Source: Candidatus Nanoanaerosalina halalkaliphila (GTDB lineage Archaea; Nanohalarchaeota; Nanosalinia; Nanosalinales; Nanoanaerosalinaceae). Taken from it: a stretch of DNA of 47,482 bases. The position numbers were made by a program, and so were the translations under genes. The stretch lies in NCBI GenBank assembly GCA_022729335.1, contig JALDAE010000003.1, positions 1 to 47,482 on the forward strand, written 5' to 3'. Numbering within the stretch: the first letter of the stretch is position 1; the number at the start of each line of letters is the position of its first letter. Below the pieces are notes generated by a model, which had not been told where the DNA came from, did not search any database, and saw nothing but the letters and a program-made list of their open reading frames with translations. This document shows positions 26,872 to 35,674 of this stretch, piece by piece.

Positions 26872-26910
26872 ATTTTTTAAAAAATGGTTTTATTAAGAAG
26901 TGTAATAGCC

Positions 26911-27645
26911 ATGGAAATATTCGAAAAATTTGAAACCGTCGACTCCCTTCCACTCCTTGCAGCGGAGGAACTGGATTCGCTGATACTATCGGATCTTCAC
27001 GTGGGGATAGAGATTGTTCAGACCTCTTCAGGTATTCTGATGCCCAAGGTACAGACCCAGAACATTTTGGAAGAGCTGGGCGAAGCAAAAGAACTCTCCG
27101 GAATGAGCAACCTGATAATCAACGGAGATCTCAAACACTCTTTCACCGGTAGACACAGCAAGGAAAAAGAAGAAGTAGAAAAATTCCTCAGGAAGGTTTC
27201 CATGGTATTCGAAAAAGTGACGGTTGTCAAGGGTAACCACGACTCGGCGGTAGAACACAGGGCAGAGGATTTCAAAAACATAGAGGTCAGGGACGAACTG
27301 AGAGAAAGAGGATTTCTGATTGTTCACGGACACGAAGAAGTTGAGATAGGAGAAGATACCGATTATCTTGTTCTGGGACACGAGCATCCTGCCCTGGAAT
27401 TAAAGGATGATGCAGGTGTAAAGGAGAAAATCCCGTGTTTTCTATACGGTGAGAAGAACGGCGTCAAAACCGTTGTTTTACCGGCTTATTCCGAAATAGC
27501 TTCCGGCACAAGCATTAACTCGATACCGAGAAACCAGTTATTAACACCTTATTTAAAAGATAAAGGTGTTATGAGTATGAAAGCTATAGGTATAGATAGA
27601 GAAGCAGGTGTCATGGAGTTTCCCGAACTTGAAAAGATTAGTTAA
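26911..27645 (+). CDS. Metallophosphoesterase (COG1407/ICC-like)
   Basis: SDLHVG, NGDLKH, GNHD, HGH, GHEHP; start at 26911 or 26884. Confidence 0.9.
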   Translation: MEIFEKFETVDSLPLLAAEELDSLILSDLHVGIEIVQTSSGILMPKVQTQNILEELGEAKELSGMSNLIINGDLKHSFTGRHSKEKEEVEKFLRKVSMVFEKVTVVKGNHDSAVEHRAEDFKNIEVRDELRERGFLIVHGHEEVEIGEDTDYLVLGHEHPALELKDDAGVKEKIPCFLYGEKNGVKTVVLPAYSEIASGTSINSIPRNQLLTPYLKDKGVMSMKAIGIDREAGVMEFPELEKIS

Positions 27646-28314
27646 TCAGTGAACTATTCGGCCTTCGCCATAACTATCGTATTTTTCTTTCAGACTGTCA
27701 AAATCTTCCTCATCTTTTTTATCGCTTGATTTCTTGTCCTCATCTCCTGAATCTCCGTAAAGGTCATCACTCACCTTTGCCTCGTTGTCCTCCCTCTTCT
27801 TTTTCTTTTCTTTCTTCAAAAATTCATCCTTTGCCTTTTCTTTAATCTTTTCAAATCTCTCTCGAGCTGTCTCCCCTTGATCCTGATTCAAAGCCTTTTT
27901 CATGTTGTCTCTGCTATCGGAGATATCTTTATCTTCCGAACTAGATGTTACAGTTTCTTTTTTGTTTCCTGAATCTTTATCCATGGAATCTTTTTTGGGT
28001 TCTCCGCTCCCCGAATTATCTCCACCAATGTTAATTTCTTCAATAATACTTTCTGATTCTTCCTCGATACTCTCGTCTTTCTCTTCGTAAGTTTCATCGT
28101 CCTCGGATCCGGCATCGATAAGAATATCTATTTTTTCCTCTTTATCATCTTCTTGAGATTCATGAACTTTTTCATTAGATCCATCGTCATCTGAAATTTT
28201 ATTATCGGATATATCACTTTTTTGAGTCTCTTCTTCTGTTCTTTCAGGAGCTTCAGATTCTTCTTCATCTTCTTCAGAAAGTTCTAGCTCCGCGTTCTTT
28301 ATAAGTTCGTCCAT
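27646..28314 (-). CDS. Highly acidic low-complexity (probably disordered) protein
   Basis: 222-aa ORF dominated by E/D/S/K, with short hydrophobic motifs and one basic helix. Confidence 0.7.
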   Translation of the reverse strand: MDELIKNAELELSEEDEEESEAPERTEEETQKSDISDNKISDDDGSNEKVHESQEDDKEEKIDILIDAGSEDDETYEEKDESIEEESESIIEEINIGGDNSGSGEPKKDSMDKDSGNKKETVTSSSEDKDISDSRDNMKKALNQDQGETARERFEKIKEKAKDEFLKKEKKKKREDNEAKVSDDLYGDSGDEDKKSSDKKDEEDFDSLKEKYDSYGEGRIVH

Positions 28315-28473
28315 AAAAAATAATTAACATCCACCAACTTAAACCTTTCCATAACCTTTTCTTGAAAAAGATTACAAATAAATCAAACAGATAACTTTCC
28401 AGAAAAAAACTAGTGCCAATCAAAACAATTAAAATACTTCCACTTCCAATATCATTGTATCTGGTGAAAAAAT

Positions 28474-28818
28474 ATGGTAGAAGTACCTGACGATATGGAA
28501 AAGAAAGATCTTCTAGTACCTCACGCAAGAATTGTAGAACTTGTAAGAGAAAACACAAAGGAAGGACAGTACGTAAGAAAATCAGTTTACTTTGGTCTGA
28601 ACCTTTTACTTGAAAATATTGCTAGAGAGATAGCTGAAAACATGGTAAAAACTGAAAACGCCTATATAGAAAAATCTGATTTAGACAGAGCGGCTAAAAA
28701 GTTTGAAAATATAGAATATATCCTAAAAGAAAAAGAAAGAATCATAAAACATCTCAGATCTATGGAGGAAGACATCGACAAACTTGCAAGAGACATAGAC
28801 AGGGCTGCCCTGGAATAA
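28474..28818 (+). CDS. Probable histone-fold protein with C-terminal coiled coil (coiled-coil histone variant)
   Basis: LVPHARIVELVRE (alpha1, cf. LPxAxIxRL), a long alpha2, YIEKSDLDRA (cf. TI..DI..A), then a heptad helix EKERIIKHLRSMEEDIDKLARDI. Confidence 0.65.
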   Translation: MVEVPDDMEKKDLLVPHARIVELVRENTKEGQYVRKSVYFGLNLLLENIAREIAENMVKTENAYIEKSDLDRAAKKFENIEYILKEKERIIKHLRSMEEDIDKLARDIDRAALE

Positions 28819-28824
28819 GGCGAG

Positions 28825-29049
28825 ATGTGGGACAAAAAGAAAAGGCATAAATGGGAACTGAACACGGGTAGTCTAGAAGGTGAAGCCTCCATGAAGCAGG
28901 TAGAGGGAGGCTACAAGATTTTCTTTATTGCAAAAGAAAAAGAGTTTGGTATGCAGCTTAGAAAAAGACAGGAATTCTTTGAAAGCAAAAAAGAAGCTAA
29001 AGAAGAACTAAAAAAAGAGATGAAAGAGTTCCAGGCCGGCTCTAATTAG
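28825..29049 (+). CDS. Small hypothetical protein
   Basis: 74-aa ORF 6 bp after the histone-like gene; W..W pattern and a F..KKEA....M helix. Confidence 0.6.
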   Translation: MWDKKKRHKWELNTGSLEGEASMKQVEGGYKIFFIAKEKEFGMQLRKRQEFFESKKEAKEELKKEMKEFQAGSN

Positions 29050-29617
29050 CCTGCCTGTTGTTCGAGCGGTTCGAAGGCCTTGCCTTTTCTGCGCCCTTTC
29101 CTTTATTTCTCAATCCTCTGGCCTTCTTTCCGGCTGATGTCTTTCCTCTGCGAGCTCTTCCGCTCTGATCGATAATCTTCGAGTACTCCTTGTCGTTCTT
29201 TACGGATGGATGTTCCGGATCCAGAAGGATGTGCTCGAACCACTTGTACTGTGCGTCCTTAGCAACAGGGTATGAATTCATAACGACCAGATTAGGATAC
29301 TTTCTTGTAACACGTTCCTCCATTATCTGCATAAGGTTCTTTTTTGGAGTGAACCTGTTCCTGCCCGCTCTCTTGGGTCTCCGGCCCTTTCCAATATGCC
29401 TTCTCTTACGGCCTCCTCTTCGGATACGACCTCTTACAAGAATTACTCCTGGTTTGGCCTTATAACCGAGAGAACGTGCCTTTGCAATCCTTGTAGGATT
29501 TTCGATCCTCTCCATTCTATCCTGTTTTCTCCACTTCTTTAGTCTCTGCCTCCATACTTCTTCCATCTGTGGGGCAGGATTTCTGAACTGTTCTCTTGCG
29601 TATTTGTAAAAACTCAT
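29042..29617 (-). CDS. rpl15e: 50S ribosomal protein eL15 (L15e)
   Basis: PTR..KARSLGYKAKPG, EERV.RKYPNL.VMNSY..D..YKWFE.IL.DP.HP, RGKTSAG. Confidence 0.97.
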   Translation of the reverse strand: MSFYKYAREQFRNPAPQMEEVWRQRLKKWRKQDRMERIENPTRIAKARSLGYKAKPGVILVRGRIRRGGRKRRHIGKGRRPKRAGRNRFTPKKNLMQIMEERVTRKYPNLVVMNSYPVAKDAQYKWFEHILLDPEHPSVKNDKEYSKIIDQSGRARRGKTSAGKKARGLRNKGKGAEKARPSNRSNNRQAN

Positions 29618-29685
29618 ATTTTTTCACCTCGCAACTTAATGCCTCTTCCTTCAGGAATTAACTCCCACATCGAAAGGTGCATACC
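29618..29685 (-). promoter_or_regulatory. Candidate eL15 ribosomal-protein leader RNA plus GAGGTGA SD
   Basis: Minus strand AUGCACCUUUC-GAUGU-GGGAG-UUAA-UUCC-UGAA-GGAAGAGGCAU gives nested stems with an AUGU/UGAA internal loop, directly upstream of rpl15e. Confidence 0.6.
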
Positions 29686-29772
29686 AAAAAACGAGACAAA
29701 TCTTTAAAAAGAAATCGGTGAGGCAAAGGTTTTTTATGTTCAATTCAAAAGGAGGATTTGGTGATATAAAAT

Positions 29773-30027
29773 ATGACTGGAGAACACGAAGGTAGGGAAA
29801 ATCTGTCCGAAGAAACTTTAACACTGGAAAGAGCGAGGCAGTCTCTCATAGAGGAAATCGAGGCAGTGAACTGGTACCAGGAAAGGATCGAGGTTACCGA
29901 GGACGAGGAACTCAAGGAGATTCTGGAACACAACAGGGACGAAGAGAAAGAGCACGTTGCCATGCTCATGAAGTATATCAGAAAAAACGACAAGACTCAG
30001 GACGATATGTTCGAGGACCACGACTAG
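29773..30027 (+). CDS. Encapsulated-ferritin-like (EncFtn/Flp) protein
   Basis: RA..SLIEEIEAVNWYQER..D.ELK.ILEHNRDEEKEH ferroxidase signature. Confidence 0.9.
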   Translation: MTGEHEGRENLSEETLTLERARQSLIEEIEAVNWYQERIEVTEDEELKEILEHNRDEEKEHVAMLMKYIRKNDKTQDDMFEDHD

Positions 30028-30114
30028 TGGTCTTACCTTTTTCTTTATTTCTTTTTATGCGGTCAATAAGTAACAGTTAAATAAATCCATCACGTAATAT
30101 ATCACTAGATAATC

Positions 30115-30552
30115 ATGAAACCACAATTCAAAATATTTATTGGTCTTCTCATGATAGCCGGGGGAATCTGGTGGTACACACAGAACTTTCTGGCAACAGG
30201 ACTAACACATTTCGAGTCACTTGTGGTCCTATTCACAGGAGGGTTTGGAGCTTTTATAGCGATAATAGGTGTCTTCATTGTATGGATAGAGAATGACGAA
30301 CTGAAAGTTCAAAAAGAACTGGAAAAAAGCGATTTTGAGCCTGAAGAGTACAAGACAGGTGATGAGTTCGTACCAGAAAAAGATGAAGTCTCGATAGAAG
30401 ACGTTGATTATTCAGAAATCGTTGAAAAGACAGTTGATGAAGTCAAGGAAGAGGTAAAAAACAGCGAACTGGACCTTGAAAAGCTGCTTGAAGCAGAAAA
30501 AGATAACAAAGACAGAAAAACATTAAAAGACTGGATAAAAAGACAGATGTAA
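30115..30552 (+). CDS. 2-TM membrane protein with small acidic C-terminal helical domain
   Basis: Two TM helices, then KTVDEVKE..LLEAEK..K.RKTL motif. Confidence 0.75.
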   Translation: MKPQFKIFIGLLMIAGGIWWYTQNFLATGLTHFESLVVLFTGGFGAFIAIIGVFIVWIENDELKVQKELEKSDFEPEEYKTGDEFVPEKDEVSIEDVDYSEIVEKTVDEVKEEVKNSELDLEKLLEAEKDNKDRKTLKDWIKRQM

Positions 30553-30558
30553 CATAAA

Positions 30559-30846
30559 ATGTCAGAAACTAAAAGACTGGTACTTGACATTTTAAAACCT
30601 CACAAACCATCTCTGCTTGAGTTCACAAAAAAGCTTTCGGAGCTGGACTCAGTCGATTCTGTGAACGGTATTCTGTACGAGCTTGACGAAAAAGTGGCGA
30701 ACATAAAAATAACGATGGTTGGGGAAAAACTTGATTTCAAAAAAATTAAGGAACAGATCCAGAGACTGGGCGGGAGCGTCCATTCAATAGACGAAGCGGT
30801 ATGCGGAAAACGTATAGTAGATGAAGTAAAGACACCACAGGGCTGA
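30559..30846 (+). CDS. DUF211 (COG1888) protein
   Basis: RLVLDILKPHKP...GGSVHSIDE signature. Confidence 0.92.
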   Translation: MSETKRLVLDILKPHKPSLLEFTKKLSELDSVDSVNGILYELDEKVANIKITMVGEKLDFKKIKEQIQRLGGSVHSIDEAVCGKRIVDEVKTPQG

Positions 30847-30858
30847 AAAATATTAAAA

Positions 30859-31443
30859 ATGCCTGAAGACCTGGAAGAATTTTCAAAAATAAGGTTCGGG
30901 AAGATAGCCAGAAGATACTTTGTTCTCAATGGTTTTGATGGCATACTTACAATCTTGGGTATTACTGTAGGAGCTTTTGTTGCTAGAATCTCCGATCCTT
31001 TCATTTTAATTTCTTCAGGAGCGGGAACTGCCATAGGTTTGCTTGTATCAGGAGTGACAGGTGCTTATGTAACTGAAAAGGCAGAGAGAACCGGCGACCT
31101 GAAAGATCTCAAGAAAAGCATGGTACATGATATGGAGAACTCGATACATGAAAAAAAAGTAAAAAAACAGTCAACGTTTATTGCAATAGTTAACGGCGCC
31201 TCTCCTCTTTTATGCGCACTTTTAATTATGGTTCCTTATTTTTTAGCTTATTTTAATATCATAGAAATGTTGAACATGGCCTATATCTCATCGATTGCTA
31301 TTTCCGCAGTATTGCTTATCACATTTGGAGGGTTTCTCGGAGAAATATCCAGAGAATCAAAAATAGGCTATTCTATAAAGATGCTCCTGGCAGGTGTTAT
31401 AACAGCGGCTCTTTCTCTTCTGCTCGGAGTTTCAGGCATTTAA
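30859..31443 (+). CDS. VIT1/CCC1-family (Fe/Mn transporter-like) membrane protein
   Basis: RRYFVLNGFDG.L..LG, SG..GAY.TE.AER; archaeal VIT1-like proteins commonly lie next to DUF211. Confidence 0.85.
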   Translation: MPEDLEEFSKIRFGKIARRYFVLNGFDGILTILGITVGAFVARISDPFILISSGAGTAIGLLVSGVTGAYVTEKAERTGDLKDLKKSMVHDMENSIHEKKVKKQSTFIAIVNGASPLLCALLIMVPYFLAYFNIIEMLNMAYISSIAISAVLLITFGGFLGEISRESKIGYSIKMLLAGVITAALSLLLGVSGI

Positions 31444-31461
31444 AATAAAAAAAGAAAGAAA

Positions 31462-31968
31462 TTATTCAAAACTTAGAGAGAATGTTTCTCCTGTAAGATC
31501 CTCGACAATGTCTTTGAACTCTTCTTCACTGATAGGTACTCTTCTCTCGTCTTCTTCTGAAACCACTACTTTTTTCTCTTTGCCTTCAGGCTTGTACACT
31601 GTATTAATGCTTGCAACTTCTACAGGCTCAAGTAGATTTCTGATAACTTCCTCTGGCTCTCCTGAATCTTCAACTACCCTGATTGATTTTTCAAATTCTT
31701 CTGCCAATTGTTTTACTACTTCACCGTTTTTGCCAACTACTCTAGGACCGTCACCTTTCGCAGTAACCACTATTATTGCATCAGTAGCTTTCTCTATTTT
31801 CTTCAGTTCAACGTCTTGCAATGTCGGAATCTGACCGCTCAAACTGTAAAGAAACCTTGAAACTTCCAGTGCAATCTCCGAAAACTCTCCTTCTTCCTGT
31901 TTTTCCTTGCATTCCTCGCATAGCTCTCCTTCGTTTTCCAAACATTCTTCACATATAGGTACTTTCAT
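31462..31968 (-). CDS. NusA-like KH-domain protein with N-terminal Cys4 Zn site
   Basis: MKVPICEECL...LCEEC, KH GxxG (VVGKNG), IRVVE. Confidence 0.85.
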   Translation of the reverse strand: MKVPICEECLENEGELCEECKEKQEEGEFSEIALEVSRFLYSLSGQIPTLQDVELKKIEKATDAIIVVTAKGDGPRVVGKNGEVVKQLAEEFEKSIRVVEDSGEPEEVIRNLLEPVEVASINTVYKPEGKEKKVVVSEEDERRVPISEEEFKDIVEDLTGETFSLSFE

Positions 31969-32087
31969 ACCCTAATAAAATCGACCTCAACTCTTTTATT
32001 ATACACGTTCGATCCAAAAAAGGCAAGTAATCAAAAATATTAAACTGTATAAAAATCCGTAAAAAAACTAAAGTTGGAGGCAAACCA

Positions 32088-33191
32088 TTGAAAGAGGATA
32101 AAAGCGACAGGGTATTCAGGTTCGGTTCTTCTCTTTACCCGAACATGATAAAAAGTATCAGGAATGCTGAAGAAGAGGTCTTATTTGAATATTATATCGT
32201 CAGGTGGGACAGAGCAGGCAAGAAATTTATCAAAGAGTTAAAGAGAGCGGCAGATAGAGGTGTGGATGTAAAGATAATAATAGATGGGTTTGGTAGCTGG
32301 AAATTCCCGGAGCGAGTAAAAAACTATTTGAGAAATTCAGGTGTTCAGTTAATCCATTATAACCCTGTCAAGCTATACAAAGGTATCTGGAAGTGGGTTT
32401 TAAGAGACCACAGAAAGATAATGATAATTGACGGGAAAACAGCGTACATTGGAGGGATGAACATAGATAAAAAGCATCTAGAACCCGAAGATCAGCCCGA
32501 AACACCTCGAAAAGAGGTCATAAAAGATACTCATATCAAAGTTAATGATTCAGCTGCAAAAAAGATAAGAAATAAATTCATAGAATCTTGGAACGTGATG
32601 CAAAAGGAGGAAGAGCTACAAAAAAAAGAAATAGATGAAGAAACCTCCGATACTGTTGTAAAAGGAGGCAACATAAAGACCGAAGACAGCATCCTCAAGG
32701 AATACTCCAAAAGAATCAAAGACGCGGAAGACAGTATCAAACTAACCCAGTCCTACTTCGTACCGCAAAAAATAGTGAGGAAACAATTATACAGTGCAGT
32801 GGAAAGAGGGGTGGACGTCAAGCTGATAGTCCCTGAATACTTCTCCGAAGTAAGGATAGCCCGACATGCAACAAAAAACCTTTACGAAGAACTTCTCAAG
32901 AACGGTATAGACATTTACGAATACAGAGACACATTCATACATTCAAAAACAGCTGTTTTTGACAGTGAATGGGCTACAGTCGGCAGTCTTAACCTCGACT
33001 TCCAGGGAGTTCTCACAAACCTGGAAATCAATCTCTTCACAAGAAAGAAGGAAACAGTAGAAAAACTGGACAGGGAGTTTGAATCAGATCTTGAAAATTC
33101 CGTAAGGATAACTGAAGAAGATGTGAAAAACAGGTTCTGGGTTGAAAAAGGACTTAACAAGCTTTTTTATGCTTTCAGAGCACTTTACTGA
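32088..33191 (+). CDS. Cardiolipin synthase-like phospholipase D (ClsB type)
   Basis: Two HKD motifs (HRKIMIID..GGMN; HSKTAVFD..GSLN), DGFGS, YFVP; TTG start with GGAGG SD. Confidence 0.9.
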   Translation: MKEDKSDRVFRFGSSLYPNMIKSIRNAEEEVLFEYYIVRWDRAGKKFIKELKRAADRGVDVKIIIDGFGSWKFPERVKNYLRNSGVQLIHYNPVKLYKGIWKWVLRDHRKIMIIDGKTAYIGGMNIDKKHLEPEDQPETPRKEVIKDTHIKVNDSAAKKIRNKFIESWNVMQKEEELQKKEIDEETSDTVVKGGNIKTEDSILKEYSKRIKDAEDSIKLTQSYFVPQKIVRKQLYSAVERGVDVKLIVPEYFSEVRIARHATKNLYEELLKNGIDIYEYRDTFIHSKTAVFDSEWATVGSLNLDFQGVLTNLEINLFTRKKETVEKLDREFESDLENSVRITEEDVKNRFWVEKGLNKLFYAFRALY

Positions 33192-33819
33192 AGTCTTCAG
33201 CTTCAATTTCATCGCATAGGCGCCTAAAATTATTTTTCATTCTTTGGAGTCTGAATTCCGCCCATTTTTTTGTTAGTTCAAAGTTGAACTCGTTAAGCTG
33301 GTCCTCAAACCTGTGGACTGCGTGTTCCCAGAAATAATCCTTGCTTTCTTCAAACGATCTCTCGTTCTGACATGCAAAATGAAACATCCTCCACAGATCA
33401 AATAATCCATACCAGTCTAGCTGGTCAGCGTCTTGAACAATCTTTCCCTCCACAGTTTCAGGACTCGAGTGGTGGTTCTTAACTATTTCTTCCAGTCTAT
33501 CGATCATTTCATCCGAGAAAAGATCTCCTGCTAACTCATCTACAAGGTCTACCCCTCTTTCTCCATGACCCTCGTTACATTCAATCGGATCAAGGTATCC
33601 GTCTTCAATATCCTTTGATCTTCCCACATCATGGAGTAGTGCTCCTGCAAGCACACATTTACGATCAGCATTTACCTCGAGGTTTTCGATCAGTTTTTCA
33701 GCAATGTTAGAAACATAAATCGAGTGGTGGTACCTGTAGTTTTTGCCTCCCGCCATCTCCACATAATCGGAAAAAAGATCTTCGATCCTCTCCTTCAGAA
33801 CCTGGATTTCTTCTTCCAT
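33175..33819 (-). CDS. HD-domain phosphohydrolase
   Basis: HS..V, LLHDVGR, H..G, HH, DAD.LD. Confidence 0.9.
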   Translation of the reverse strand: MEEEIQVLKERIEDLFSDYVEMAGGKNYRYHHSIYVSNIAEKLIENLEVNADRKCVLAGALLHDVGRSKDIEDGYLDPIECNEGHGERGVDLVDELAGDLFSDEMIDRLEEIVKNHHSSPETVEGKIVQDADQLDWYGLFDLWRMFHFACQNERSFEESKDYFWEHAVHRFEDQLNEFNFELTKKWAEFRLQRMKNNFRRLCDEIEAEDFSKVL

Positions 33820-33934
33820 GTTTAAAATAAAGTTTCGTGTATAAAAAATGTTAATTTAAGAAAAATCCATAGTCTCCAAAGGTAAAGAGTTTTTTCAGGA
33901 ACTTATATTCATAGAAAAAGTATGCCTGAAACAT

Positions 33935-35029
33935 CTACCTCTTCCTTATTTCAACGACGTCTTCATCCTTCAGAACGTGATCCTCGCCTACTTTTTGTTC
34001 ATCGAACTTGGCCGAATCTCCCCATATCCTCGCGTACTTGAACCTGCTCTCGAGTTCTCCTCCGACTTTTTCACAGACTTCTCCAACTGTTGAGCCTTTC
34101 TCTATTATTAGAGGTTCCTCTCTGTCAGGATCCTTCCCCGGTTTCTTCATGTAAATCCTCATGAAGTTCAGTCCCTCGTAAACCTTTTCCTTGAACTCCT
34201 CCATGTTTGTCTTTTCCTTGGCCGATACAAACACCACATCACCAAATTCCTCCCTTATCTCTTCTTTCTCTTCCTCGGAAAGTTTTTCGGATTTGTTGAC
34301 CACTTTCAAAGAGGGCATGTACTTCCGGTTCCTGGCAAGAGCGTCGATAACTCTCTCAACACCACAGTCCTCTCTGATTATTATTGATGCATTGACATAA
34401 CCCCATTGTTCCATAACATCCTTGACTGTTTCTTCATCAACTTTTGTTAAATCAACTGCGGATCTTACGTCGATACCTCCCTTCCCTTTTTTCTCGACTT
34501 TTATGTTCGGTGGTTCCACATCAAGCCTTATACCCGAGTTGTAGAGTTCATCGTTCATCTTCTGGAAACCATCAAGTCTTGATGGATCCGACATCAAAAC
34601 AACCATGTCAGAATTTCTTATAACAGATATAACTTGCTTTCCTCCGCCTTTGTCAGTTGCAGCACCGCCTATTAACCCTGGTACATCGACCAGCTGGATG
34701 TTAGCTCCTTTATACTCCATCATTCCGGGAACAACATCAAGAGTTGTGAAGTGGTAGTCCCCTACCTCGGAGTCAGCATTTGTGAGCTTGTTGAGAAGTG
34801 TTGACTTGCCCACCGAAGGATAACCAACAAGAGAAACTGTAGCATCTCCTTTTTTCTGCACCGAGTAGCCCTCATATCCTCCTCCCGTCTCCTTCTGTCT
34901 CTTCTCCATCTTTTCCTGTATATTCGCGATCTTGGCCTTTAATCTGCCTCTTTCCTTCTCAGTAGCCTTGTTAACCGGTGTCTTGGAAAGTTTTTCCCTT
35001 GCTTTCTGGAGATCCTCCTCTAGAGACAT
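33935..35029 (-). CDS. DRG/Rbg-family GTPase (OBG superfamily, TGS domain)
   Basis: NKATE, GYPSVGKS, YHFTT, DVPG, NK, C-terminal TGS (ARIWG..Q.VG.DH.L.D.D). Confidence 0.95.
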   Translation of the reverse strand: MSLEEDLQKAREKLSKTPVNKATEKERGRLKAKIANIQEKMEKRQKETGGGYEGYSVQKKGDATVSLVGYPSVGKSTLLNKLTNADSEVGDYHFTTLDVVPGMMEYKGANIQLVDVPGLIGGAATDKGGGKQVISVIRNSDMVVLMSDPSRLDGFQKMNDELYNSGIRLDVEPPNIKVEKKGKGGIDVRSAVDLTKVDEETVKDVMEQWGYVNASIIIREDCGVERVIDALARNRKYMPSLKVVNKSEKLSEEEKEEIREEFGDVVFVSAKEKTNMEEFKEKVYEGLNFMRIYMKKPGKDPDREEPLIIEKGSTVGEVCEKVGGELESRFKYARIWGDSAKFDEQKVGEDHVLKDEDVVEIRKR

Positions 35030-35034
35030 ACTTA

Positions 35035-35184
35035 CACATTTGACACAAAAGCTATTTTATATTTCCCTTTCCGGCTCCTTATTGTGGAAAAACCGGCCAA
35101 CTTTTTAAAAGGATTGTGCCTAAATAATTGTTAAGGTAATTAGGTTAAACTCTCCCAAAATGTAAAGGACATTTGTCAAATGTG
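35035..35184. promoter_or_regulatory. Divergent promoter region with candidate operator sites
   Basis: Perfect 7-1-7 palindrome ACATTTG-T-CAAATGT at 35169-35183; TGTCAAATGTG lies 5-7 nt before both divergent ATGs. Confidence 0.55.
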
Positions 35185-35191
35185 AAAAAAT

Positions 35192-35674
35192 ATGGTAGAA
35201 GACTACGAGATAGATGAGCTGGACAGCAAGATAATAACAAAACTACAGGAAGATGGCAGAAAATCATTCAGAGAAATCGCAAAAGAAGTAGATTCAACAG
35301 CCGTAACTGTGATCAACAGAGTAGAGAAAATGGAGGAGAAAGGCATAATTAAGGGATACACAGCTGACATTGATTACAGAAAACTTGGATATCATGTTGT
35401 AGCAGCTATAGAGCTTGTTGTGAAGGGAGAGCATCTTCAAGAGATACAGGAAAAACTTAACAATCACAAGAACGTTACAGCCATCTATAAGATCACCGGA
35501 GACACCGATATCCTGACAATAGCTAAATTCAAGAAGAGGGATGCACTCGGAAATTTTGTGGTGGACTTCCTTCTCGATTCAAACATGGTGGACAAGACCA
35601 TAACCCATGTAGCTTTCGATACTTTCTCCGAGAAATACAACATAGAGTTGACGGAGGAAGACATTACAAAGTAG
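35192..35674 (+). CDS. Lrp/AsnC-family transcriptional regulator
   Basis: IDELD.KI...LQEDGR.SFREIA HTH, G.I.GY, RAM domain ITGDTD. Confidence 0.95.
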   Translation: MVEDYEIDELDSKIITKLQEDGRKSFREIAKEVDSTAVTVINRVEKMEEKGIIKGYTADIDYRKLGYHVVAAIELVVKGEHLQEIQEKLNNHKNVTAIYKITGDTDILTIAKFKKRDALGNFVVDFLLDSNMVDKTITHVAFDTFSEKYNIELTEEDITK

